Made by a program: the position numbers and the translations under genes. Below the pieces are notes generated by a model that saw only the letters and a list, made by a program, of their open reading frames with translations, ran no database searches and had not been told where the DNA came from. DNA of 64,000 bases from positions 1 to 64,000 of the forward strand of contig CDROCS010001088.1 of the NCBI GenBank assembly GCA_977020255.1, given 5' to 3'. This stretch comes from Obrimoposthia wandeli (Eukaryota). Of the stretch, positions 53,201 through 64,000 are shown piece by piece; positions within the stretch are counted from its first letter, which is position 1; each line of letters begins with the position of its first letter.

Positions 53201-56200
53201 CAGATCTATTATCAATGTTAATTAACAAAGTAGACGATGTTTATGAATTAATAGTCACCGCGGACCCAAACATTGAACGAGGTATGAAAATTAAAGAGGC
53301 GTTACAAAATGATATTCATTGCTATACAGATATGTATGCTGATAAGAAGAGGAAGTAAACGGTGCAACTTTGGGAACGTATTTCATAAAATAAATATATC
53401 ATTTATTAGTCTTTCCTTTTTTTTCAAAAATATGACCTTAAAATTATTTTAGAAGCAATTAATAATTAATTTTTTTACATTGATTTAGATTGTAAAATAG
53501 GTTTCAATTAGTACGGTTTGCAAAGTACGGTAAATTGTTGGGACGGATTAACCGTACTATTCATATCCTGTATATTTAGGAATTTTATCGAGTACTCTTC
53601 ACTTGTGTGATATTTATTCAAACATTGCTGACACAAAACTTGATAATAATACTATAATGAAATTAAATATATAATTATAATATTTTTAATATAGCGATGA
53701 TATCTAATAAAGCTAAGATTTTTTTCTCTCAAAAGTGCTTTCTGTTTACCATTATACTTCGTAATATTTTCTGAATTATCAAGTTTTTAGCTACTTCTTG
53801 AATTTTTCAACATTATCATAGTTTTTAAATCCATTGGTAAATTGTTGTAAAGAACTGTATCATAAATTTCAAACATTTCATCACTCGGATAATTATTTGA
53901 GATTTATTAACCAACTTGCAGTCATCATAGTTGCTAATAACATGTATATACATGCTCACTGCACCAGGCTCGAGAAAACCATATAAATATTTTTTATGAG
54001 AGAATTTTGTTGTTGTGATCAGTAGCACCTTTCTTTAATTTGTATATAATTCTGCGATTTAATTGTAAAAAACATGAAAAAAAATTGAAAATCAAGTCTG
54101 GGATAGTTATCTTAGTAGTAAGGTATTTTCTTATTATTTGAATAAAAATTGATATGACCGTTGCTTGTTGTTATCACTTTATAATATAACAATTCATTAT
54201 AATGTTATTTTAGTATTTTCATATTAGCTAAATCTTTCTGGTATAACTGTTATATGTTTAAAACGTAAATATACACAAAAGAATGATTTTCAAATAAAAA
54301 TGAATGCAAGGATAAGTTAATGAAAATCTTTTCAATAAGAAACAAGTTTTTAACAGTTTTTTGCATATATATGGTTATCATTGATCATCCAAATACCTAA
54401 TTATACAATCAATTCAGACTCGGTATTATGATAAATGAAGTGTGTTTAAAATGTTGGTGCAAAAATCCCTCCTTATTTCATTGAACAAATGAACTATCAA
54501 ATTAGTCTTTCTGCATTATTTAAATTCAAATTTTCAAGTTACATAATTGAAATTTATTTATTATTGAATTTAATTAATAATTTTATTGATTAAATTTTTC
54601 AATATTTTTTATGGATTTTAAACAAGAAAGGAATTATTAAAGTTGTACTTTCAAAATCATGCATTTATTATAATCGCTTTCACAAAGCCATTAATCCAGA
54701 ATTTACATATAATTGCGAGTTTTTTATTACTCTATTCGAAGAAACTGGATTAATATTTGATAAAAAAATTTCTGTATGACTTTCAAATCACTTTTAGAAG
54801 CTTGCGAAGATGTTTGTTGCTGAAATTCAAATATTTTAGAGCCCCACTAAGTTACATTCGCACAAATTGCAGCTTCGTCAGGAAATAACTGAAAATAATC
54901 GATCGCTAAGACTGGAATTTGCTGAGATGGTAAAATTATGGATGGCGATTGCGCTGGGTAATGCTTCATGGTCAGACGAGGAAACGCTTAGATGGAGTTA
55001 TTAATAGGCTATTTGCAATATTTGGTGTACATAAAAGCCGCATCCTATTCCAGTGTCTTCATTACTAACATATTTGTATTTGAATGGGGTATTCTATGAA
55101 TTTTAAATAAAATCCTTTCTCTTTTATTGGTTTCCAACACACGTAATATCTCAAGTCGAATATTGAGATTAATAAATCAAATTCTATTTGAACAAGATTG
55201 AGCTCTTCATCATTATTTAAAAGTATGTTAAAGAAAATATAAAATGTTTTTTTTAGAAATAATTATTGGTAGAAGATTCAGATACACAGGACTTCCTCAA
55301 TCACCAGACTTGTCTCATTTGGAATTTTTCCTTGCGGAAAAATCACGTATTTTAAAGAAGTCGCCAAAGCTCCATTAAAGAATTCAAATATCGCATTGAA
55401 ACTTAAATCAGAATACATTGGAAAATTGTGCATATGACTTTCTTTACAGACCTGAAATGTCGTTGAGTGCAATGAAGAGGTATTTGAATAAACATCTTAA
55501 ATTTATTTTGTTTTCATTGAAAATATTTGAAATTTTAAAAATAATTATGTCAAAAAATACATTTATTGTGTAAAAATATATGTAAAATCCCAAAAGTTCA
55601 TATTCACATATTTTAATTTTGAAAATAAAACATGTTTATTTTATTCGGATAAGAGATGAATTGATTTTATTTTTGCACAGCTTATTTTGACAGTGTCTAA
55701 TTCTTAAAAAGTCTTTTCTTGTAAAATTTAAGAAAAAGAAAATCATATTTTTCAGTAAAATACAATTTTTCTAAATTTACCTTGAATATTTAAATATTGC
55801 TGGTCAAATTTAAAAGAAAGCTGCTTACTGAGAAGCAAATAAATATTATATATTTTTTATTGATAATCAATTTTGTTTAAAAGCAAAATATATACGATAC
55901 TCAAAATTTGTTCTAAAATATGATTGCATGCAAATGACAAAGGGAATATAATTTATTTGTTAAAGATAAAAAGCAACCATTTATATATTTCAATAAATTT
56001 CATACTTATTCATAAAATAATTTTTTCCTTAATGTATAAATTCAACAAGTAAAATTTCAAATTTTAGTTAATTTAGTACGAATTAAAAAAATATAGTTTT
56101 TAATAAATTTATCATATGAGTCTTTAAGAAGTATTTTTTATAAATAAAAATTATTAGTGTGTTATAAATTATAAAAAATCTAAATTAAGTCTTATTTTAT

Positions 56201-59200
56201 AAGTTACACTGTAAAGTAAAATAAAAAATAAAAGGCTGAATAGTTTGAATAAATCATTATGAACCCATTTTTAATTTTGAATGATTAAATTGCTAATTAT
56301 AATTGAAATAATTTTTTAAATAAATAAATTTTTAGTGAATTAATTTTACACTTTTGTAAAATATAAAGATACTCTTAAAGTATCATTTATCTCAAATATA
56401 TTTTAAAATTTATACCACTACAATATTCTTATATAATAAAAAAATTAAAATACAATTATTATTAGATTTGTTTAAAATGCCCTAGTACATTATTTGCTCT
56501 TTGTGAATGATGTCTGTCAATATTTCATGGGAGAATCAAAATTATGTATTTACATTAAGTATGTATGTAAAACAATAGAAAAACAACATTATCTTTTAAT
56601 CTCTACAAAACTGTTGTTGCTTTCTTTCACCATCACTTTAGGGCTGATATTTTTATAAGTATTTGAATTGTTGAAATTTAAAAGTTATACTAAAAAACGT
56701 AAATTGAAACAAGTATTAAAACAATAAATTCGATAAAAAATAATATTAATTTAATGAACATGAAATTTAGTTATTATGCTTTCAGTTTGATTATTATTTA
56801 AAACTTAGTTCCCAACAAACAACCTTATACAGTAAAATTCAATGTTGAAAATATAAAATTTTTAATTAAATTCTTTAAATACACTATTTTCTTTGTTAAC
56901 AAGATTAGATTGACTATAATTTACATTTCAATAAAACCGATTAACTAAATCTGATTTTAAATTTCATATAACATAGTTCTAATTAGCACTAATTACAAAG
57001 AAACACAAACAAGAACTAATTGTTTCATCTTTAAATAAAATTGTTATTCACAATTATAATTCTTAAATAATAATTTCTTAATTGCTTATTTAATGTTTTG
57101 TATTCATAAATAGTTGAATATAAATGGAGTTGTTTTTCTCAAAAAAGTTAAGCTGTAAAACAATGTTTTTCATTTTTGGTAAGTTAAATTTTTCATTCTA
57201 AATCGATTTATTAACGTATCAATTCAAGACATTACTCTGTGTAACTTACTAAGTCGAATAAAGAAACTTAGTTAGTGATAAATTTGAAAAATCGCTATTT
57301 TTAGTCGAATTTAAAGCCTGATGAAAAGGATTTAAAATTATAAAGTATGTAAATCATTTATTTGATAAAATATTTGCAAACATTCTCATTTTAACAGACT
57401 CTTAGAAGACTGTTAAAATCACTGAATTTCTCCAAATTTTCATTTCAATTTTCTTAACATTTATTTTTGTTTTATAGTCCAAGATTAAAAGATAATTACC
57501 TAGTCATCAAATTCTGTCGTAACGAGTTTTTAATTTTCAATTTAAATTGTTTTGATATTTAAAATCAATTTATTAAACTATAAATTCATCTATTAAAATT
57601 CTAAAATTTTGTGTTCTTACTCTGTGTTTAATTGGATTTTGATTTTAGAATGTTGTGTAAGTGTGTGTATAATTTTATTTTACCTGTTTTTCCACCTCGT
57701 AATTTTTTTACAACTATTAACATGTTTCAATTTGGACTATTTGCTGGATGACTTATTATACTATAAGTTGGACTTCAAGTACAATTAAGCCGGCATTTAT
57801 CTAGTAACTTACTAGATTCAATCGAGTGTACTATTTTGTTGATAAATTCTCAATGTGAAGTGTTTTTGAGGACATTGGTGAGAATATTAATCCCCTTGAA
57901 ATGCGATTTAAAGTTTGCTAAATGCTTTAAAACTTTATATTACTAAAATTAGTGAACGATGAGTAATAATGAGATGTAGAAAATAACTTTTAACAATTGA
58001 AGTCCATAGAAACATTAACTATTTTCATTTTTAAAATAAAAAATGCATGATAGTACAATTAATTGTTGAAAACTAAAATATTTCATAAACAACTGTTGAA
58101 ATTTATTAGAAAATAAACATAACACACCACATTTATCATACACTTTCTTATTTTTTTAATTAAAAAAGCCCAAGAAGCAAGATGGGGACTGGTGACCAAC
58201 CTGTGCATATTTGGAGATGGCCTCTGTGCCCCACTTTAATCCTGCAGCCAAGAACCAAGTGAAGGTCAGCACCACCCACCAGACGGCGGCCGCCATACCG
58301 AAGTAGTAGACCAGTACAAACACTGCGGTACAGACTACTGGTACATTTGCACCATGCAGCAGGATCCAGATATCACTGGCCCCGCTAGTGGAGTACACCC
58401 GATCACAGACCACCTGAAACAGAGACAGTGAACTTCACATCACACCACTCGACCATTCCATCACTGACCCACTTCATACATCATAATTAAGATTTTTGTC
58501 TTTACTACAGTCAATGATAAGTAGACAATGTCTGTTAAATATTTTTTTAAATACTTTTATTCTGTATGTAGAATAAATGTTACTTACTGCCTCGTGGCCG
58601 ATGCCGATACGGATGACGAAACCGAGACTGACCATGAAGTAGCAAAGGCCCATGAAAACGATTGGTCGCTCTGGATAACGATAACGAGTCGGCTCGATAG
58701 AGAAAGTGGCCATGATGGCGAATGTGCTGACTAGACAGAGACATGCCCAGGTTCCCAGCCATAAGGTGGTGAATTGGCGGTCTCGTAGCGAGCTGGTAGC
58801 CTGATGGCACGGTTGAGCGCAGTTGGGTAGGCCCACTGTGCTCACCTGTGCGAGGCATGAAACCTTCAGACCTTATATTGAGATTTACACAGTGCAATGT
58901 ACGGCTATTTAATATTGTCGATTTTCAGTAGTCAATTACAGACTAGTCTTACACGAGTGTACCTGATTGAAGTGTGCCTTGTTGTACTCAGTGACTTCCA
59001 CAAGTGGAGGTTTACAACTGCAGTCACAGAGCACGCGATAGTCCAGCTGGTTGGTGAGTCGCTGGCTGAGATTTCCAGCCAAATACTGCTGGGCACGGCG
59101 CCTTTGTTGCCAGCTGGGCCTAGGGACCAGAGGAGTCATTGGTGCCTCCACTCGCGAGGGAGTCGTGCGTATGTGTAATGGCGGTGCCAGATTGCGCTCC

Positions 59201-59448
59201 ATGCACAGCTCACCGCCACCGTCGCTCCGGTACACCGGGAACTGGCTGCAGCGCAGCTTGACTGGCCAGCTAAAGTTGCTGTTGCGCATCAGTGGCTCGC
59301 AACCTCGCCGCACTCGCTCACACACAGACCGGCAAGGCAACAACGGCAACGGGTATTCGGGTAGGCATATCGGGATGTAGACCGAGCACACAAAGAAGCG
59401 CAGCTCGGAGCTACACTGCATCTGAACCAGTGGATAGTACTGGTGCGC
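44067..59448 (-). CDS. FZD5/8: Frizzled-5/8 (Drosophila fz2-type) Wnt receptor, 5'-partial, 7 exons, ~705 aa visible
   Basis: Exons 58963-59448, 58588-58845, 58201-58413, 46341-46695, 45858-46063 (acceptor uncertain), 45284-45718 and 44067-44231; all GT-AG and phase-consistent. CRD AHQYYPLVQMQCSSELRFFVCSVYIPICLPEY..CRSVCER; RYPERPIVF; WWVVLTFTWFLAAGLKWG; VDGDPVAGICYIG (5/8-type); KTLLSW (KTxxxW); C-terminal PVAQV* PDZ-type end. Signal peptide and first third of the CRD not found in the window. Confidence 0.95.
44470..44920 (-). mobile_element. L2 LINE 3' fragment in the last Frizzled intron
   Basis: Reverse complement contains cctgggacagtgagcatg and atgcatgcgattattacaccaagacttgatttt. Confidence 0.7.
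45284..46695 (-). CDS. FZD5/8: Frizzled exons: TM4-TM7, KTxxxW and proximal tail (46341-46695, 45858-46063, 45284-45718)
   Basis: IYHFVAW..DGDPVAGICYIG..RIGVFGVLY..AVFMLKYFM..KTLLSW. Confidence 0.93.
47700..48010 (-). mobile_element. Chapaev3-like transposase C-terminus and end
   Basis: ENLGAFIEKHDECF..MMTDY; ctggtcaacaaaat terminus-like sequence near 47703. Confidence 0.6.
48190..48730 (+). mobile_element. Chapaev3-like N-terminal fragment with 3' end
   Basis: FGCVIEDQDKAGAPRVSCRPC matches the YFG..GDQDK.WAPH..C..C motif. Confidence 0.65.
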
Positions 59449-62400
59449 CTGTGTACATGTTTGAGATTAATCTCAATGGCAAACTCAAAATCATAAGTAT
59501 ATACAAGAGATCTGATAAAAATTGAACAATATTCAATTTGACTGAATACAGCAATTTGGTAGCGATTATGATACCTACAATATATCCTTATATATTATAA
59601 CGTAGGCCCAGATTTCACCAGATGTAAATATTTGGATAGATCTTATATATATATAGGAATTTTCAAATCGGAATTAAATCTGAGACAAATTGTTAATAAA
59701 CATTTAATGAATATCACTATGAATATAAAATTATAATAAATTTAAAAAAAAATCTTCAAATTAATATTTATATTTTCCAATAAATGTCTATAACTAAATG
59801 GTTCATTTTTAAATCTTAATTCTATATCGTGAATTTCAGGAACGTGAACATGTAATCGCCAATAAATAATATTAAAATTCCGAAAGAATTTCAAATATAG
59901 TGCTTAAAAGATTCGAAAATATTATAAATATTATTTTAACCATGGTGATCAAATTCATTTTGATTATTATGTAAATCAAAAGAAGCTACAAATACCAAAG
60001 TTTTATTTAAGAAAAAAATTACAACATATATTCTTCGTGTTGTTTATTATCTACAACTAATAAATGCTCCCTTTCTACTAGATGATGTGCAGTACATTTA
60101 AGTATTTTTTAATGTAATTTATTTATCTATGATTACTCTCCTTTAATTCTTCATGGTTTCTCGGCCGAGAGCTGTATACTTTACTTTTCAAATATTTAAA
60201 ACTTCTTCAGCAATCATTTCAGAAACCTTAAAAAAACCACTTGAAATTTAAAAAAAAATTAAATTCCAAGATTCTTGAAACTCTTTTACAATTTTGATTA
60301 ATGTTGAAGTTGCATATTCTATTCTTTTTCAATGTTAAAAAATTAAATGATTTTATATCGTCAAAATTCTTACTTCAATTTAATTTATAAATACTGTTAT
60401 TTAAATCTATTTTAACATTAAAATTGTAAATTGTACAATATTCTAAACATACAGGATTATCTAAGCAATAAAATATATTTAGTTTTTCAGTTTTTGTAAT
60501 ATAAATAATTATTTCCCTGTATATTTTATATTCCTCTTATAATGTACATATTTTCACTCTATCCATGCTGTACGACTGGAAATATTTTTGGTCTTAAAAT
60601 ACCTTTCCCCTTTTTTACAAAGTACAAGTCAAAACGGTCAAACTGTATATAGTTTGTCGCATTTCATATAATTTTAAAATGTTTTTTGTTTTTATTTATT
60701 CAATGAAGGAATTTTTCAAAAATTGAAAGCTCTAAAAATTATTTTAATTATCTTAATTATCAAAACGTATATTCTTAATAAATATAAACAACTTCTATCT
60801 TGACCGAGCATTTTTTAGTTATTTGGGGTTAAAATAAGGTCTATTGTCAACCACTTACTTTTGAAATGAAATAGGAATTTTAGGAAATCTTGAACAAAAA
60901 AATACATAAGCAGAATATTCTAGGGAAAACTATTTTAACCAATCCATCATAAACATTTTTTGGTGCCAAAGCGAGAAATATTGGCATTCTTTCGCCAACA
61001 ACGCTAAGAGAATCCGGAAAACAGTGTAGAATGTGGAGGATTCCCTAATACAGTACAAGCTCGTGCACTTGAAGCTGCGGTACCCGCCTCCCTGTGAAGG
61101 ACTAAGCTCCCGAATTTACTGTATTTCTTTTTCATCCCAGCTTCTATTTCAGTGACGGGTGACTGTATCGATCCAAGCACCTCAATGTTACTTTTCACAT
61201 AATTAGTGGAGAGGTCAATGGCGCAACAAAAGCCGCCATTGTTGAAAGAAAGAGGTACAAATTCCAAACTTTGATTTTATAAATGTCGGGAAATCAGAAT
61301 TTCAAGTGTTTCCCTCCATTCATTGTTTTCCATTTTAATATAACTTAAATATCAAATTATATTTCATTCCTAATTTTCAATAAAACCGATATTTTCTGTA
61401 AAATTATATTGCAAAACTATAAATAATTTAAAGATTAATGCTAATTTGATTCAGAATTTAGCACATCAGATAAAATTTTGATAATATATAAAAGTGAAAA
61501 TTGATACCACTTTATAAATTTAAATATTTATAAGTGTGCACTTCAAGAATCAGTGCTATGAAGCATATCCCGAACGAAGAAGAACTGCTGCAGTAATTGA
61601 CAAAGATTACAGTGAAACAGAGAAATACCCCGATTTAAACTACAGAGGTCCACCACGAGAGATGGTCGGAACGTCATAAATGTTAGGAGAGATTCTTTTA
61701 TCGAGTTATAAAAGTGCAAATCACATCTTTCTCATATTTATAAAATACTCTATAAAATATTTGTTAAGAACAATATTAAAATATTAGTTTCCCAAAAATA
61801 TTATCTGGGATCTAAATAAATCAAATTATAAAATGTATTCATAAAATACTTTGGTGCAAAGTAAATTTGATATAATTTATAAACCTTCAAAAATCGTTGA
61901 GGTTGAAATAATTATCAAGAAATACTTATTAAATAATGTTTTGCTCGCTTTATTAAAGATTGTAGAATTTCAAGTAGTACCAATAACGAAGTTTTATATT
62001 TTCAGATTATAAATATAATATATTAAAATTCTCAAATTTGTTTTAATACATTATTTTTCCCGCCATATCTTTCAAAAAAGCAGAAAATATAAAACTATAT
62101 TTATTCTTTCTTAATAGTATATTTCTCAAATAACTGCAAATATTTTCGTAACACATATCTAATTAAAAGTAATTGGGTCTGAATCTTAGTGCAGTGAAGA
62201 ATTAGAAAACATTTTATATATTAAGAAAATAGAGATAGAAGATAGTAGTTACATCTTCTCAATTACTGCCTCTCCTTTCTGCCCTGAGAAGATGAATGAA
62301 TATTGTGAGACATTGAAAGAAAAATGCCAATTTATTCTCCACTTTGTGACTAATGTACAATTAAACATCATTTGGCCTTGAAATTGCTCGATTATTCTAT

Positions 62401-63120
62401 TAGATTTTAAAATAATTATGATCTTAATTTAATGGAATTTTCTATTATGTGATTCAGACGAAGAGGTTTCAATTTGGAATAATAATAATTTACCGAAGTA
62501 TTTTTAAAGAACGTATTAGTAAAAACACGACTGGTAGATCTTTTAAAGGTTTTATGAATAAAAATAAAATACTAATATTATTCAATCTTTAAAATGACAT
62601 AATCTAACTCATTATCTTTTGCATGACTACTTACAGATCTAAGTAAATCATGTGCTTTTTTTTTAACCTTTTAAATTTTATTGTAATATTTTGTAATAAA
62701 TTTGTTTCTGATAAATATTTGTAGAGTACCAAATTAATACATTGAAATATATTGATCTAATTTGATTATTTAATTTATGATAAATTAAGCTTTTATATAA
62801 CAAGTAAAGTTGTCGAAGCTGGAAAAAGTCCACTGCTTTATTTTATATTATTGTTAATATTACAGATTAAGAGTCGTAAAAATGTTTGCAAAAATGAATA
62901 TCATAGAGTGATATGGTAATACGTATACTTAGAAACAGCAATACTGAGGTACACGACCAGAACGACGACTAGTAGTTATTGCATCTCGAATAATATATTG
63001 TCTACAGTGTTGGAGCGCCTCAATAAGAACAGCTGGGACTTCCGCACAAGAAACACAGAGTCAACTATGGAGAAGCCCTCTGATACCCAGTCACACACAG
63101 TCACAGATAAACAAGAATAA
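49365..63120 (+). CDS. Candidate nested/interleaved antisense gene, ~164 aa, unknown product (possible death-domain-like fold)
   Basis: Exons 49365-49421 (ATG with A at -3 and G at +4), 51021-51098, 51346-51391, 52315-52361, 52440-52507, 61554-61592 and ~62961-63120 (TAA). All GT-AG, phases chain without stops, GC-rich codon-like islands in AT-rich introns. Translation: MGARLNAIPYVLGGECSRQSLDQGHTEPGPSDWAWVAVVRLLKADERQESLELLPRYITMRRSKLIRRLGKLITANLQLLPHFVDWVRVGRAPVQTLCSAMKHIPNEEELLQ..VLERLNKNSWDFR..KQE*. An alternative end TLCRY* at 52514 would give ~100 aa. Confidence 0.5.
53000..53570 (+). mobile_element. Tigger-like transposase tail with right TIR
   Basis: ADPNIERGMKIKEALQNDIHCYTDMYADKKRK; ends ..tcatatcctg|ta. 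Confidence 0.6.
53790..54190 (-). mobile_element. L2 LINE 3' fragment
   Basis: ORF 53825-54028 YLYGFLEPGAVSMY; catgctcactgcaccagg on the plus strand. Confidence 0.7.
54780..55500 (+). mobile_element. Degenerate Tc1-superfamily (DD41D-like) transposase
   Basis: HKLQLRQEI..RLEFA..WSDEE..NIWC..KPH; PQSPDLSHLEFFL. Confidence 0.7.
58201..58845 (-). CDS. FZD5/8: Frizzled exons: TM1-TM3 (58588-58845 and 58201-58413)
   Basis: NCAQPC..ERPIVFMGLCY..GHEA|VVCD..YYFGMAAAVWWVVL; canonical splice sites. Confidence 0.95.
58963..59448 (-). CDS. FZD5/8: Frizzled exon: CRD (C-terminal two thirds) and linker
   Basis: Acceptor tacacag|GCG CAC CAG; donor CAG|gtacac; 162 codons with CRD cysteines. Confidence 0.95.
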
Positions 63121-64000
63121 AAGAGATGGTTTCTTGCTAGAGAGCTGCTTCTAGCAGTTGTGACAGGAAGCAGAGTGAAGACACGGCTGCTTCTCCTTGT
63201 TGTCCTTGTTGTGACTAATGTGCTCAGCAGCAGCAGCAATAGAAAGTGCAGCTCGACAAACATTGTCAAGACAATATTGATACACATGTAAAAGACCGCA
63301 TTTTGAGGTGGGAACACTTTCTGCTGCTTTACTTTTCAGCTCTCTCTCCCACTTATTATTTCTTGCTTATTTGCGTTGATTGACACTTCCAAGCCAGTAT
63401 TTTTTACTGGCTAAATACAAAATGTTACAAAAAGATGACAATATATTTCGAACTTCTTGGAATTTATAAAAGCCAATTATATTCAACTAAACTACTTTAT
63501 TAGTTGCAAACATAAATAGGAAGAAAATATGTTAAAATATTCATATATCTGAACTTCAATGTATAAGACCGGTTGTCGAGTATATTTTACATTGGATTAT
63601 TCATCGAGGTACTACATGGGGCTCCATGATGTACATTAACAATTTTACCCATACCTAATTACTGTTTTTAAATATTTTGCGTACATCATAAGGACTCGAA
63701 AATGGAAAATGGAAAATATTTCTGAGTCAATGGTTAAAATTAAAAGATACCACCATTTTGTCATAAAACAAAAAACAACGATCAATTCTAACCAATTATA
63801 AAAATTGTTACATATCTATCCCTCATTGAAATGCCAATTATGGTACATGTAGTTGCACGAAAAATAATAATGATAAACAACCAGTTCCCAACGACAGATC
63901 ATATAAAAAGAAATCCGAAATAAAACTCACAGGATGAGGTCAAGCTATACTGGTTGTATTATAACAAATTTGTCCGTGTATCCGTATATATCGTTATAAA

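Noticed and set aside
55600-58100. Extremely AT-rich tract as a functional element
   Set aside because: No periodicity, repeats or ORFs seen; ordinary intron
58528-59525. Plus-strand ORFs over the Frizzled CRD/TM exons
   Set aside because: Shadow ORFs
62458-62465. 8-nt micro-exon linking nested exons 6 and 7
   Set aside because: Weak donor and unnecessary, since phase-2 acceptors exist at 62960, 62972 and 62975
62976-63317. Minus-strand ORF with LLLLLL as the Frizzled signal-peptide exon
   Set aside because: No CRD start (C..I..P.C..GYN) here or anywhere I could find in 59449-63000; the Leu run is the antisense of a CAG repeat

Overview
AT-rich invertebrate-type nuclear DNA with GC-rich exons in AT-rich, transposon-littered introns. 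Three genes are supported. (1) A ~20-exon plus-strand coiled-coil gene (~5.4-39.3 kb, ~770 aa) resembling CCDC175, identified from recall only. (2) A convergent minus-strand Frizzled-5/8 (fz2-type) gene: 7 exons are visible (44067-59448) and the N-terminal exon lies outside the window or was not found. (3) A candidate plus-strand gene of about 164 aa, assembled by hand from 7 small phase-compatible exons (49365-63120). It starts inside the 11.5-kb Frizzled intron and appears to splice across three Frizzled exons (antisense interleaving); this is the most novel signal. The rest is degenerate mobile DNA: mariner, Tc1/DD41D-like, pogo/Tigger, hAT, MULE, Chapaev3, a Kolobok-like element, L2 LINE 3' ends (7 copies), Gypsy and RNase H fragments, and MITEs. 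No rRNA, intact tRNA or CRISPR array was seen. All gene models are manual; no database searches were run, and family assignments rest on remembered motifs.
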